Shown here piece by piece: positions 25,501 through 38,762 of a DNA stretch of 64,000 bases. The translations under genes were made by a program, and so were the position numbers. Below the pieces are notes generated by a model. It ran no database searches and was not told where the DNA came from. It saw only the letters and a program-made list of their open reading frames with translations. Numbering within the stretch: position 1 is the stretch's first letter; each line of letters opens with the position of its first letter. The stretch comes from Balanoglossus misakiensis (taxonomy: Eukaryota > Animalia > Hemichordata), in the NCBI GenBank assembly GCA_040954595.2, contig CM082589.2, positions 6,135,186 through 6,199,185 of the forward strand. Reading direction: 5' to 3'.

Positions 25501-27695
25501 ATCAAGACCAAGACCCTTTCAGATTATCTCGCAAAATTCCCTCCAGAGAAAATCTTAACAAAACAAAAACAGAAATTCTAACTGCACATCTTGGAATATC
25601 AATCAGATTAGACCAGTAATTATCTGATACGTACTGTGCATTGGCACACATAGGTCTCAGCCGGGAAAGTTCAGCTCTGAAATAAAAAAAAGGTAAAATC
25701 AGAAGTGTATGCTGCATATGTATGCAATATGGTGAAGGTAGACAGAATATAGCAATTGCAATAAATTTTGAAATATATTAACAAAAAGAAAAATATATTA
25801 ATTATAAGTTAAGTGTAACATACTTCTGCCGTTGATTTTCCTCTGTCAGCTGTGACACTATTTTCTTATTATTTTCTCGTTCCTCTCTAAAAGATCAATG
25901 AAATGCATATCACTGAGTCAAATATCACAAGGGATATGATATTTACAAATTTACATTCACATAACCACAAGGTCTGCACAATACATTACAAAATTTGCAA
26001 TACATTACTCTACAATTTGATACAATATTATACATAAACACAATACAATACAAACAATGAACACATTGGATAATACTCATTACGGTACTTACTGAGTACT
26101 GTTCACTACTGAATTCAATCGAGACATTTCGGCTCTGAAAGAAAAAGCAAACACATTTCAAAAATTAATTGATTATCCTGGCAAGTGTCCCTCAGGGCTA
26201 GCGAAGCCCTGGTCTTGGACTAACACTAGTAACAGCAATACCAACATGAGTACATTGCATGCGCCTGCATAGAAAAGCATGTATTCCTACAGCTGATCGG
26301 ATGACAAAAGAAAGATGGCTACTAACTTTTGTCTCTGATTGTCTTCTGTCAGTTGTGCAATCGTCTTCTGGTTGTTTTCCCTCTCAGTCCTACCAAAACA
26401 AAAACGTAAACAAGATTATTCGATCAAAACAGTTAGGAATGCTCTGTAAAACTCCAACATCAACCATATGAGATTTTCATCACTCAAATAGTTAGCCAAA
26501 AGGTAAGGAGAATTCAGTGACTTTTGAATACCCAATGAATTGCACCGAACTGCCTCAGTTTGAATGAAAATTGGAAAGAGAAAAGAGGGCAAAAAAAACC
26601 CAGACTGTCTAGCAATGCCAACTTACACGAGACGTTTGGCTTCCTCTGAATCCGTTTTGTTGGATTTGTCTACGAGCTGATTGGTCCGGGCTTTCCATAG
26701 TTTCACCTCACTAAACATGGCGTCTTTCTCTGCAATCAGAGCCACGTTCTTGTTGGACAGCTCTCGGTTCTGTTCCTGCAGCGGCGCTACGTCGGTCTCC
26801 AACTGCTTCATCTGAAAATGAAGTGGAGGGGGGTGGGAATAATACCAAATATGATTATGACTCTTGATGGTGTGGCGAATGTTGCATGTATCTCAAACAC
26901 TGCATGACACAGAAGTATAGTGATTTGTCTTCAACAAGGTACATACTACAACTACTAATTATCATATTTTTTTAAATAGTGCATTAAATTAGATAATCTC
27001 AATGCATAACAGCAACAACCACACTGCAAATCAACCGCTTTTAGTTACCTTCGATTGCAACTGCTGGTGTTCTTGTTCCAATCTTTCTTTCTCATCCCGT
27101 AAAAGTTTGTTGCTGTCTGTCAGTAAATTCAGCGTTTCAATATTTTTCATCAGTTCCTGGTGTTGAGCAGCTGACCTTGCAGTAACCTATGGCAAACAAA
27201 GTGCACATACTATTTATAGGTTTTCAATATGGCTGCCGGTCGGCCATATTGGATCACAACGCACGACAAAACTTCAGAGACTTACTGACATAAGACTTCA
27301 AATTCACTTGCAATTAATATAAAAATGTTTGACTAGAGTAATTACTTGAAGGTGAAATATGAAATCTGACCAAAACCAGATATAACCATATTGAAATAAA
27401 GTATCACACTGACCTGTGACCTTTCCCTTTCTTCTTGCAAGTTTTTCTGTGAATCCTCTAGCTGTCTCTCCAAGTGATCACATTTCTGTTTGTGTCTGAC
27501 AGCTTCTGCCTGTGTTACTTCACACTTGGTCTCTGCTATCTCCTTCTCACGTCGCATGAACCTACAGTCATGAAATCCCTTACATAAGCAAGCTATATTC
27601 GTATTTTATTCATTCAGCTTGGATGAGCCAGAGGAAGATTAATTTTGATAGCAACTGACACATACAATTTGGCTAATCAATCCCAATTAACATAG

Positions 27696-27726
<31 letters not shown>

Positions 27727-27777
27727 CATACATACATACATACACACATACATACATACATACACACATACATACAT

Positions 27778-27816
<39 letters not shown>

Positions 27817-30800
27817 CAGTGTACAATCATGCATCCATGATAGACAAACGGGAGCTAAAATGTGAGACTTCATACCTGATTACTTCCAGGAGTTGTTCCG
27901 AGGATTTTTCTTCGCTGAATGAAATGTCGGTTACACTCTGTGATCCAGCCTGGCCCTGCTGGAAAGCTATCAGCTGCTGGCTGAGCTGCATGGGGATACA
28001 CGCAAGTGAACAAGTCATCAATATTCGTGTATCTGTCCACACTTTCAAGGAACACTGACCCTTTCCCCCATTTTATTGTGAATGAACCAAACCCTAACAC
28101 CGCCACTAATAGTGTTGAACCACACGATGATTAGACTGAACAAAATCTATCAAAATATAACAATCTATAGGTTCATGCTTAACGTACCGTTTGTAACTGT
28201 TCATGCAGCAACGTGTTCTGCTGGTCAAGCTCTTTGCATCGTGTCTGCATATTGTCGGTCTCGTCTTTCTGGATTCGCAGGGTTTCTTCCCAAGACGCCT
28301 GCAAAAGATTTTACAACAAACTTAACTACGGTGAATAACCACATGTGCTATTCAAAAAAACTATCAAGTGCTGCTTATTTCTTGAGATGTTATTGAACTG
28401 TTACATACATTGGCACTCTGTTGTGCCCCACCTCTAGCACCTACCTACCCCCAAACATTACTTTAGAAGACACTGTTTATATTCTGTTCTACAGTAAGGT
28501 GGGCTAAACCACTGTTGACATAGGGAGTGCCAATACTCTACTATACCTTGGAAGTGGTCAACTCATACTCAGCTTTCTTTGCTTTGTCTTCAGCCACATT
28601 AAGCCTGGAGTTGAATCCAGCCAGCTGAAATCACAAACATACAACTTGGAGTATTTGGTACCAGGGGGAAAATATAGACTCAAATACTTGATAGAGAAGT
28701 AAATGAACAATATCAGTAATAAACACAACACACTGAGATGCAATCACTTGAAACACAGTCAGAGCAATATATAATGTCCAATTTCTTTACCTGTTGTCTA
28801 ACCATGGTTAACTGTTGCATGTCTGCAGCGTGAAGCAGGAACTCTCTTTCATATTTTTCTTGCGCCTGTAGAAAGAATGAAATCAATATTACTGGTTGCA
28901 CATGGGCTGGGCCGAACAACAAACAGTTAGTACACATGCCTTCTCAGCTGAAATTACAGGATTCATTATAAGCTGTACTCTAACAGTTTTCAACTCACCT
29001 CGGCGGCTAGTTTGGATTGCGCCTGACAATCTCGGACAGCAGACTGTTCATTGCTTTCCGCCTCTGCACATTTCTGAACGCTAGATTTCAATTCGTTTTG
29101 CAGGTTTGCCAGATTCTTTCGCAACTCAGCTGTCTGTTGATCAAAGAAATTGTGAAAAAAAACCATTGAAAATCATCCATCTATTTTGGACTTTACAGAG
29201 AAGTGTGAAAGATCTGATCTCCATGGCACTCAAATGAACATTTCTAACTGCCCTCACACATGGTAACCATGGCTTCAAGCAATATTTTCCAAACAGATAA
29301 ACACGATGCACTCACCTGTTGCCCAATATTCTGTTCCAGCTGATTCTTTTCATTGAGAATTTCTCTTTTCTCTTTATCTAACTGCATCACTTGAGTTTGA
29401 AGGTTAGCTCTACCTGTAACAAAATAATAAGCTTATAGGAGACTCTATAGGCTGGTGTATGCAAGTGCTGTTCACTATGTGTCAAGTTCATAGAGTGTCT
29501 TATGTAAATGCATTCTACAGTAAAACCTGCTTAAGCCGGACACCAAAGGGACTGAAGAAATTGTTCAGTTTGCAGAGGTGTCTGGTTGACAGAGGTTCTA
29601 TAAAAAGTGGCTGTGTGTGAAAGGGACAGAAATGTGTTTGGTATAGGCAGGTTTCCAGATTAGAGAGGTTTCGCTTTAGACAGGCTTGCTATTGATAATG
29701 ACAAAATTTAAAAAAAATCCAGAGGTTCGTTAAACTGTTAATGAAATACAAATTAGCGCCAAGCTTACTCTCTGCTGCTTCTTTCAGTCTCAATTCCGTG
29801 GTTTCCTTGAAGATTTGACTGGCAGCGTTCTGTTCCCGCAGGTTTTCCTCCATCGAACTGCTGATGGCTTTGTGCTGTTCCACTTGCTGCTTGGCCTTGA
29901 TAAGTTGATCTTTGAGAGCTGAAGGGGAGAAGCAGAGATCTGATGGTGATTTTACCCCTTCGCTAACATGGTTCAGTCCAAACGCATAGTTTTCTATAGT
30001 AAAGTTGGACCTCTAAACTGGGGGTGGGGGGGGGGGTGGTGAAAGCTCTATTTCCTCAGACTACACCGTTGCTATGGAATTTTTGAAGTGTTTGGATATG
30101 AACAAAGCTATCACAAATTGTCGTACGCCTCTCAGACCTGCAAGTCGGCACTTCGACATTTTCCAAGAGTACATGATCTCTGGAATAGTAAACTTAGAAA
30201 AAATCTTTCTCAGCCATCTAATTTTGACTACACTCAGTAGTTAAACTTAAAACAGACCAGTGCTAGTACTTGCCTTTGATTTCAGCTTCATTCTGTGTGA
30301 TCTGAGATTTCAACTCCTTCACCTCTTCATCAGACACTGTGGACGTCGGTTCATTGGATGGTTTTGCTGAGTCAAATAAAAAAAAAAATCTTATCAATCA
30401 TAATTATTTGCAGCCATCCAGCAATAACATTTGAACATGACTGTGTGTGTTGATGTGCACGCACTTGCATGCATGTGTCTACACCATCTGTCTGTTAGTA
30501 CGTTTGAACTTCAATGCAATATAGCGCAAGTAATTCATTTTTCTCACCTTGCTGTTTGTCAGGGCTTAAACTTGACAGTCTCACTTCAGCTGCTACCAGC
30601 TTAGCTTCCGCCTCAGAACACTTCATAAACAAACCATAGGAGAGAGAGAGCTATCAAAATAAAGGCTAGGATAGACTGTATAACAAACTGATCCATTCCA
30701 CTGCAAATTGTAAGTTTCTAGTATTGTTTTCATAAAACACAAAACAGCATTGCTCCTTCTGTAACAAAACTCATAACCCCTCCATGCCCTATGCTACACA

Positions 30801-33800
30801 GCAAAACGGAGGAAATCATTGATTACAGCAGACATACAAGAGAGCAATTTTCCCCAGAATCTCACCTCCTGCTTGACACCCTGAAGGGTCTTTTTCAAGG
30901 TCACTATTTCTTCTCTGGTTTTCTGGTGGCTTTGAAGTTCACTGTCCAGCTGATCTCGAAGAGATTTCACCTGGCTCTGTGGAAACACAAAAAGAGCAAT
31001 GTCACCCCAAAAATCAAACAAATCTCTCCTCCAACAATTCAGAACAATTTGGGATGCGAAACAGTACTTTGGTAATACCCACCTCCCATGAGTTTGTCAC
31101 TGTTTTGTGTTGCTCAATTTCAGCTTCTAGCTTTCTCCTGGCAGTACTCAGTTCACGTTCCAGGAATTCCACTTGGCTTGTCAGACGAGATTTATTCTCA
31201 AAATCAGCCCTCTCAAGGTTGTTCTGTGAAAATGTTTATTTTCAGAGCATTAATGTAGATGATCAATAACATAAAAAAAAATAATTCTTCCCGTATGACA
31301 GCATACACTGTCGAAAATGAAATCTTTAGACGCAAACTCAAAAATTTATTTCAAAATTTTACCTTGATTGTTTGTAGATTAACAAGCAGGAGATTTTGTC
31401 CTCTCTGTTCGCGATGCATCGACTCATTTTCTTGCTGTAACCGTGTCTCCACACTCTTCATCAGGTCCCTCTCGGCTTTCATGTTCTCAAACATGACCTC
31501 CGCTTTGGAGAATCTCTCCTGGGCTGCCATCAAATCCTGCAGAAAAAAAATACCATAAATGTTGAGATTTCTGGGTTAAATTTTAGACTGAAACATAAAT
31601 AACTATTAAACCAATGGAATAAATAGCATTCTATTCACGATTCATAAAATAATATCCAGTTACAAAAAAGTCACTGTGCAGTACTTGTACTCTGCTCATA
31701 ATTCATTAAAATTGTCACACGACGATTTACAAAATGCCACTATGCATATAATTCTGCTCACGATCCATGAAATTATCCCCAATCATTTATGATAATAATA
31801 GAATAAAATTGACAAAAATGTTACTGTGTACTATTCTCATTTTACTCACGATTCAAGAAATTAATTTACGAGGTTTTCCAGTATTTTATGAGACCGAAAA
31901 TTCTACTTTCCTGGAGTGATTGTGCAGTGATATTGTCAGCCTTCGACATTTTATGAAAACATGATTTTTCAGATTCCAGGATTAGAAGTAGTGTACAAAC
32001 CCTGTCCCCAATATCGTCAAACTGATTTTCAGACACGCCTCACGTCACCCCCCCCCCCTCCAGAACAGCTTACTATGTTTTTTAGTTCCACCCTGGTGTC
32101 ATGTCACACACCACAACACAAACACTTACCTGCGTCAGTGTATTGATAGTCTGCTGATGCTTGACAACCTCTGAGGAATACTTCTGATTTCGGTCTCGCA
32201 AGCCGTCGATTTCTTTCTTGTACCCTTCCACGTTGGATTGGACAATCTTGAACCTTTCGCCCGAGAACTCAAGCTGCAAGTAGTAATTAAGATATGCATC
32301 AGTCATGTGACAGTCACATGACACATTGATGAAAATCATGTGACCACTTACCACTGAACAAAATCCAATTTAAGCGAAGAACATAATATAGTAAGTCACA
32401 TACCTGGGAGGATAGTTTTGCGTTCTGCACTCTGAACTCTGACACTTGATCTCTCATCTTTTCCAATTGGTCGTTCAGAATCCTGAATAAAAAAAACACA
32501 CAAAATATACAATCAAGATTTGACACAATGAATAATCACAGTGTCTGGACTTAACCCTTTCACCTCCAGTTCCCTCTTAGAGGTCCAACCTTACTATAGA
32601 AAACAAAGGGTTTGGACTGAACCATTGTGGTGAAAGGGTTAAGCAATAAATCTTCCACAGCCCCGTAATTCTGAAAATAACTTCAAAATTTGAAGAGGCA
32701 GACATGGCAATTATGAGGAGTGACATTATTTTTACTCAAGGCCTTATCATATAATAACAACTGTGTTGCTTGATGTACATACCTTTCAGACTCACACTTG
32801 TCCTTCCTGTACTGTTCAAACTCCACTTGCAGTTGTTTCAGAGCGGCCGTGGTTTCCGCTGCAGCAGCCGTAGTATTGGCCGCATTCTCACCCGCAAGAC
32901 CTGCTATGCCGGTTGCAGCCATTGGAGCTGGGGTAGACATGGCCATAGGACTGGCCAGGGTGACTGGACTTGCACTGCCTGGTATCAATAGCTGGGGACG
33001 GGTGAACATATAAAGATACAAGAAGTAAAATATCAACTCAAGAATCACTGCGTGGGGATAAATTACTGTGCTATTTGCTTTTTATTGAGCTGAGCATAGT
33101 CCATTTTGGTAGAGGGGGGAAGAAAGGATACTTGTATTCTGTATAAACATAGCAGGACCAGTAAATGTACATTTATATCATAAGTCTGTGTTCTCCTGAG
33201 TTATGAACACACTGGGGACATTACTCTTTAAAAACTCACATACGATAAATTGTCTAAACTCTAGATGGTAATTCGACTTACAGGGACAGGATTATCACCC
33301 CTCTGAGTTAACAAGACCCGGTACATGTCCCTCTGTCTCACTATGCCTTCCACCATCTCAGCCTGCCTGCTCCTTGCGGCTCTCAACTCTTCAATCTCTT
33401 CCACGGCTTTCTCAAGACGACCGTTCAGTTCAGCAAATCTGTGGTGCATAAACAAACACAAAAATGATGACCTCATGATCTGTGATACACAACATAATTT
33501 TGGATGAGGTACGACTCCATTAGTCAAGTTTATACATGTTAACACTTTCTAGTATTCGTCCCACCATTGCTAATGGCTGCAAAATGTCATATTTAACCAT
33601 TCCAGAATCTTACAACTGGGTAATATTTGTTGTTAAAACAGTTACCATCAATGGTAATTAAAACGTGTTCTTCCAGAATCTTACAACTGGGTAATATTTG
33701 TTGTTAAAACAGTTACCATCAATGGTAATTAAAACGTGTTCTATTTCAATGTCCTGTCATTACACTTATTGGACTGTATCCATGGCAACTGTTTAAACTT

Positions 33801-36800
33801 ACTCAGCATCCTTGGCAACTCTTTCGTCCTCTTCTTTCTTTTCACTCAACTCCCTGACAACACTCAACAGTCGCTCATTCTGTCCTTGTAATTCTCCAAT
33901 GTTCCTGATCAAAAAATCAAACACAGGGTCACAAAATAGTCTAGGAAAACCAACGTGTCCAGTTGGTCAAGTTGGACACAAAACCTCGTAATGTAATACG
34001 CCTTTTTCATAATGATGAGTACCCTTCCTAGACAACGCGAAAACGAGACCAGTGGGTCAGTGTAAAAACTTAATCGTTTTGTGTATCATTACTATAGTTG
34101 AGAATGGGACTGACATTCAATAGTCACATTTTACATGCAACTGATATCATATATACAACAAACGATGACCAGATGAGCTCGAGCAGTCCTCTGTCACCAA
34201 CTGGCCTCATTTTTGCACATCGCCTGCTTGGGGATGACGCCATATTTTGGAATCGCACTCTCTTCATAAAAAAGGCATATCCTATCTTGAACCTCAATTT
34301 TAATTCAAAATTCAGACACTACAGACAAGATGACCTAATCTCACCTGAATGACACCAGCTTCTCTGTGATGAGATTGGATGAACTGGACACGTCACTTGA
34401 GGTCACGTCCTGATCTGTTGTCACATGTCCGCCACGGGCTTCCTCCACCTCTTTCAGAAGTATTCGAACCTGAAAACGCAAAAAACAAACATAGCAATGA
34501 GTGTTCATGTCTCTGGCTGGTATAACTTTAAGGACTACTATCATTGCTAATTAAAATTTGCCATATATGGCTAAAAGGGCGTGTCTAAATCTTCAAATGA
34601 TCATGCAGTGGCACACTTTTTTTCATGTGGCTGCCAAGTGAAAATCTACGATAGGAAAAATCTCCAATTTCCATGATAACTGTTGCAAAATTTGGATAGG
34701 TGACAGCAGACTTTATGCCTGTCATTCTCTCTAGTATAAGCTGTGATTGTCTCATCATCACATCATCATATTTATTTACCTGCTGCCCAAGATCGGAAGT
34801 CTGCAGTCGTAGTCTGTTATTTTCTCTTGTCAGCTGTGACGATTTCCTCTCTGCCTCATCAGTTTTAATCCTTTGCTGTTCATTCTCCTGTGTGGAAATT
34901 AAAAATTACACACAGACATTGATCATAATGAAATCAATGCATACATACGAGATATTTCTGCCAAGAGTCTGATAAATTCCACCCACCAACATGGCTGCAT
35001 CTATTTTCCTTGACAACTGATCGACGGTGTTCAGACATCTCTCATAGTCCTCGCGTTGCTGCTGCATGATTGGTGCCTTCTCTTCGATCTCCTTCAGTAT
35101 CTGGTCCAGATAATGATTCAGTCGGCCGTTTTCCTGCTTCTCCAGGTCAAGTGCATCACTGGCTTCCACATAAGAACTGTATATCTGTCGACAGCCAACA
35201 ACACAAATCATAGTCATGACCATGTAACATTACAAACATAAATATCATTTTTGAATTTTTTTAACAGTCTAATGAACACTGACTAAGAAGTCCTCTGCAA
35301 TGAAAATACTGAAAAATAATGATTAGTTTCATATTTAATATTTGCAATCATACCCAGATTGAGGAATGTTGAAGTTGACGATGTGCCTTACCTGTGTTAG
35401 GTTCATTCCTGTTTTGAGTTTACTGCTGGTCGCGGCTGCAGTGGGGAACATAGACGTCAACTGATCTTCTGACATTGTTTCACCTTGCAGTACAAAGAAC
35501 AGGTAGTTACTTAAGGACTTTCATTTTCAGATACGGATACCAGATATGAAGCAGTATTTAAAGGTCACCTATTTTTTTTTAATAACAGAACAACTGCACA
35601 GATGTCCATTCTTACCTTTGCTTCTGGAGACTGATATTAGGTCATTGGCATGTTCTAGTTCTTTCTCCATTCTCACTATTTTTTCCTCTGAAATGAATAA
35701 ATACATAAACAATGTTCACACAACATAAGCAGCAAGGATCCCTACACTGGCAATAGGGATGAAGTGTATGTAGGTCTTGCTTACTCAAAATACCGAACTT
35801 GAATACAGAGGTCATTGTTCATCAGGAATAATCATGTCAGTCAAAAATAAATTGCCCTCATTTGATCTGTCATAACAGAACCGTCAGCCAGACCGAGAAA
35901 CAAAGCAAAACCTGCCACAATTACCTAATTCTGTCTCTTTCTTGATGTGTTCTTCATCCAGCGCTTTCATGTTATCCTCCAGTTCCCCTTGTTGCTCAGA
36001 CGACTGCCTCAACAGCTTCTGCAGTTCCTGCACGGCTGTTTGTAGCTCCTTCTCTTTTGCCTTACACTCTTCTGAGGCAGACTACACACATGGGAGAAAG
36101 AAAAATTGCCAGCATTTAACAATATTGAATTATACATGTGCAATCTATCACCTTGGTGATTTGATACAGCTCTGCAGAATTTCTCTGCATTCGTCTACTT
36201 CCTCATACACTACAAGACAAGCATTCAATGACTGCACATTTTTAAACAACAGCAGGGTAGACGTGCACAGCTGATTTTGCCATATATGCCTTGACTGAAT
36301 CTCCACCTCCATCGTCTAACTAACGACCTGCCTATTGTGGAATAGTTCTGCCATGTACTGTACCTTGTAAAGTTCTGTGAGTTTGGACTGGGCTTGCAAC
36401 TCCACACGAAACTGTTCCTCGTTCTGTGCCTGCGTATCATGGATCTTGAAATGAAGACAGTACCCAGAAATTACACACAGTACCTATATACTGTAAATTA
36501 CATGCAGAAATTGGTGAATTGCAAGTAGCACATGTAAGAATTTCTTCATGACAACACTACTTACATCTTTTACTTTTTGTATCAATGATTCTATTTTCGT
36601 GTTCTGACTGTCACTGGCTGATCTCAGGGAGTCCACCATATCCTTCAAATGGCTGATTTCTTGGTCTTTGTTTTCTGATTCCGATTTCAAGGACAACACC
36701 TCGGATGACTGCAATGAAAGGGAGAGAGAAAATACTGGCATTTAGTGTCCAGACAAAATTAACTTTTAACATAACACCAAAATTTTTGAACAAAGAAATC

Positions 36801-38762
36801 AAGATTGAAATACTGCCACTAAACTAAATAACAAGCATGGAGATACATACTCAATATAATTGAATAGCTTGCCATCTTTTCTGAAATGAAATCATAACTG
36901 AGAGCAGGGGGCTTGAAACAGGCTGCAACCCACGTGGTAGAGTGTAGTCATAACTTACCTTTTCTTTTCTGTAGGCCAGCAATTCATTGGTTTTCTCCTT
37001 CAATTCTTTGTTCAGCCATTCATTCTGTTGATTGAGCAGCTCCTTCTCTTGTTGCAGTCTTCGTTCCCGATACTGGAAAAAGTGGGGGAAATCACCTGAT
37101 TTGGTCATCGATAATATTGCACTAAAGTGAACTTTAATTAAAATAATTTCTGGCTGAGAAAGCGCTTAATGATCAGAAATTTCCAGAAAGCAGAGAGCAA
37201 AGTATTCTTGGCCGTAATTACCTTTGAAGACACATCCTCATCCATGATTTCATCCAACTTCGCCTGCGCCTGCACTTTAGCCGTGGTGGCATCTCCCAGC
37301 TTGTCAGACATGCCTCTCCATTCCTCTGAAAATTCACAGAAAAGGCAAATTATCATATTTGTTGTAAAAATATGTAATAATATGTAAATACATGCCAACC
37401 AACTAAACTAGACAATCTGGTCTGCGAGTGTGGAGATTCAATCAGATATAAAATAATTTATCGTGTATCAGAACAGTTACCGTTAAGTCTTTCAATCTCA
37501 TGGTTCTTCTTTTCCAGCAGTTCAAGCAGTTCTCGTTTCTCTGTTTCCAGCTGATCATTTGTTCTCACCAGTTTCAGCTGTCGGGATAAATGTGATGTCA
37601 ATTTGAACATTCATGGTTTGATTACCTCAAATTTTCTGGCAAGGGGGAAATTCGGAAATTCTGCCGTGCCAATTGAATATCATCAATCTGAAAGTACAGG
37701 TGCCAATCTTAGAATCTCACCTGCGTTGACAGGTTGCTCTCTTTCACTTCTTCTGTTTCCTTCAATCTCTCCTGGGCGGATTTCAGTTTGCTCTCTGAAA
37801 CAAAACAAAAAGACGAGTCAAAACATATACCTCTACTAAATACATGATGATGTAAGGATCAAGTTGATTTCGGTCAGCATTACAACCTGTGTCTGTTCGG
37901 TAATCTTTTCCCACTAGCTTTAATACACATAATTGACATTTGTATTTACCCAGTGAAGTTGTTTCTGCTTTCAGCTCATTCCGCTCGATAACTGTGGATT
38001 CCAGTTTGGAGTTACAACTAATCAGTTGTTTCTCAATCTCGAAGTACATTTGACCTGTAAACAAGGCACAAACAAGTATATGTCATATCAATCAATGGAT
38101 CACAATACAGGTGCATGATATAAACAACACAAATTCACAATCCTCACTTTCACTCAGTTTAGAAACTAAGAATGCCAGGACAAGATGGTGCTATGCTGCT
38201 TTATCCATGTCTTGGGACACCCAAAACATAAACAACACCATTCCTTGGTCCCAGAACCATTTCGTTCTGGGACTACTGAACTGAAATCCTGCCAACTTCC
38301 TCCCACTTCCAAGGGCAACCACCACCTGACTTGGCGATTTTCTTTTGAAGATGGCGTCATTGCATCATACAAGTTATCACTTTCGAAATGTGATAAAGGA
38401 TCCCCAAATTCCCGAATTCTCACATCGGTTGACCATAGTTCGCGTTCACAAGAGAGGAACCCGCTGATCTCGGACTGTTTGCTCCGTCAGCGCCGATGTT
38501 ATTGACGGGAATCGGACAATCAAACTTAATGTCCACATCATTCTAAGACAACCAAGAGACGCGCATCATAGGAAACACGACTGAGAACTTCCGTACCTGC
38601 ATTAGCTTTCAGGCGTTCAATTTCCACCTTTAAACCTTCAGCGGCCGATTGTGCAGAGTCAAGGCATACTTCAAGTTTGCTTTTCAGGTCGTCAGGAAGC
38701 GTTTCCAGTTGCGCCTCACTAACAATCGCAGACAGGCGTGCGTACTCCATGTTTGCCGCCAT
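16596..38762 (-). CDS. TPR: Nucleoprotein TPR (nuclear basket coiled-coil protein; Megator/Mlp1 family), several dozen exons
   Basis: MAANMEY... at 38762. Conserved TPR motifs [87 protein letters not shown]. Acidic low-complexity C-terminus ending ...[12 protein letters not shown] (TAG 16596-16598). Confidence 0.97.
17232..17315 (+). mobile_element. piggyBac-like MITE (~84 bp), degenerate copy
   Basis: CCCTTTCA...GACAGGG, with the same internal AGAGGTCC..AGAAAACAA..TTTGGAC core as the 32555 copy. Confidence 0.75.
17664..17859. mobile_element. TTAA-flanked MITE (Kolobok-like ends)
   Basis: TTAA-AGGTATACGGTTCACCT ... AGGTGACCGTATACCT-TTAA terminal inverted repeats. A related decayed copy lies at ~34530-34710. 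Confidence 0.8.
20115..20468. mobile_element. Foldback MITE with TTAA ends (Kolobok-like)
   Basis: TTAAAGGGACATTAGCTGTAACTTTTG ... CAAAAGATACAGCTAATGGATCTTTAA long imperfect TIRs. Central palindrome TTCTAGTCCGGACTAGAA. Confidence 0.8.
21813..21925 (+). mobile_element. Tc1/pogo-type MITE fragment
   Basis: CAGTCAAACCT... terminus with repeated (G)ACCACCTGT(A/C)TATA motifs. Confidence 0.5.
22571..22802. mobile_element. Partial copy of the 20115-20468 foldback MITE
   Basis: Same TCTAGTCCGGACTAGA palindrome and CAAAAGATACAGTTAATG..CTTTAA end. Confidence 0.7.
25377..25462 (+). mobile_element. piggyBac-like MITE copy
   Basis: TTAA-CCCTTTCACC...GATGAAGGGG-TAAA, with internal similarity to the 32555 copy. 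Confidence 0.8.
27697..27818. repeat. (TACA)n/(CA)n microsatellite
   Basis: Direct reading. Confidence 0.97.
29516..29692. mobile_element. Tc1/pogo (Tigger-like) MITE
   Basis: TA-CAGTAAAACCTGCTTAA ... TTAGACAGGCTTGCT imperfect TIRs, with internal (T)AGA(C/G)AGGT repeats. Confidence 0.6.
29955..30045 (-). mobile_element. piggyBac-like MITE copy, inverted
   Basis: Reverse complement of the 32555 element (ATGGTTCAGTCCAAA..TTTCTATAGTAA..TTGGACCTCTAA). Confidence 0.75.
31628..31870. repeat. Degenerate tandem repeat (CTCACGATTCATAAAAT-like units)
   Basis: About four diverged units of TCACGATTCA(T/A).AAAT. Confidence 0.55.
32555..32638 (+). mobile_element. piggyBac-like MITE, intact 84 bp
   Basis: TTAA on both sides (32551-32554, 32639-32642). 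Perfect 10-bp TIR CCCTTTCACC/GGTGAAAGGG. CCC..GGG ends with TTAA TSD are the piggyBac signature. Confidence 0.88.
33600..33741. repeat. Perfect 71-bp tandem duplication
   Basis: TTCCAGAATCTTACAAC...AAAACGTGTTC twice. Confidence 0.95.

Noticed and set aside
26269-26294. TGCGCCTGCAT...TATTCCTACAGCT resembling human U17 as I recall it
   Set aside because: Antisense to the host TPR intron, interrupted, and no m2/ACA at the right distance. Likely chance.
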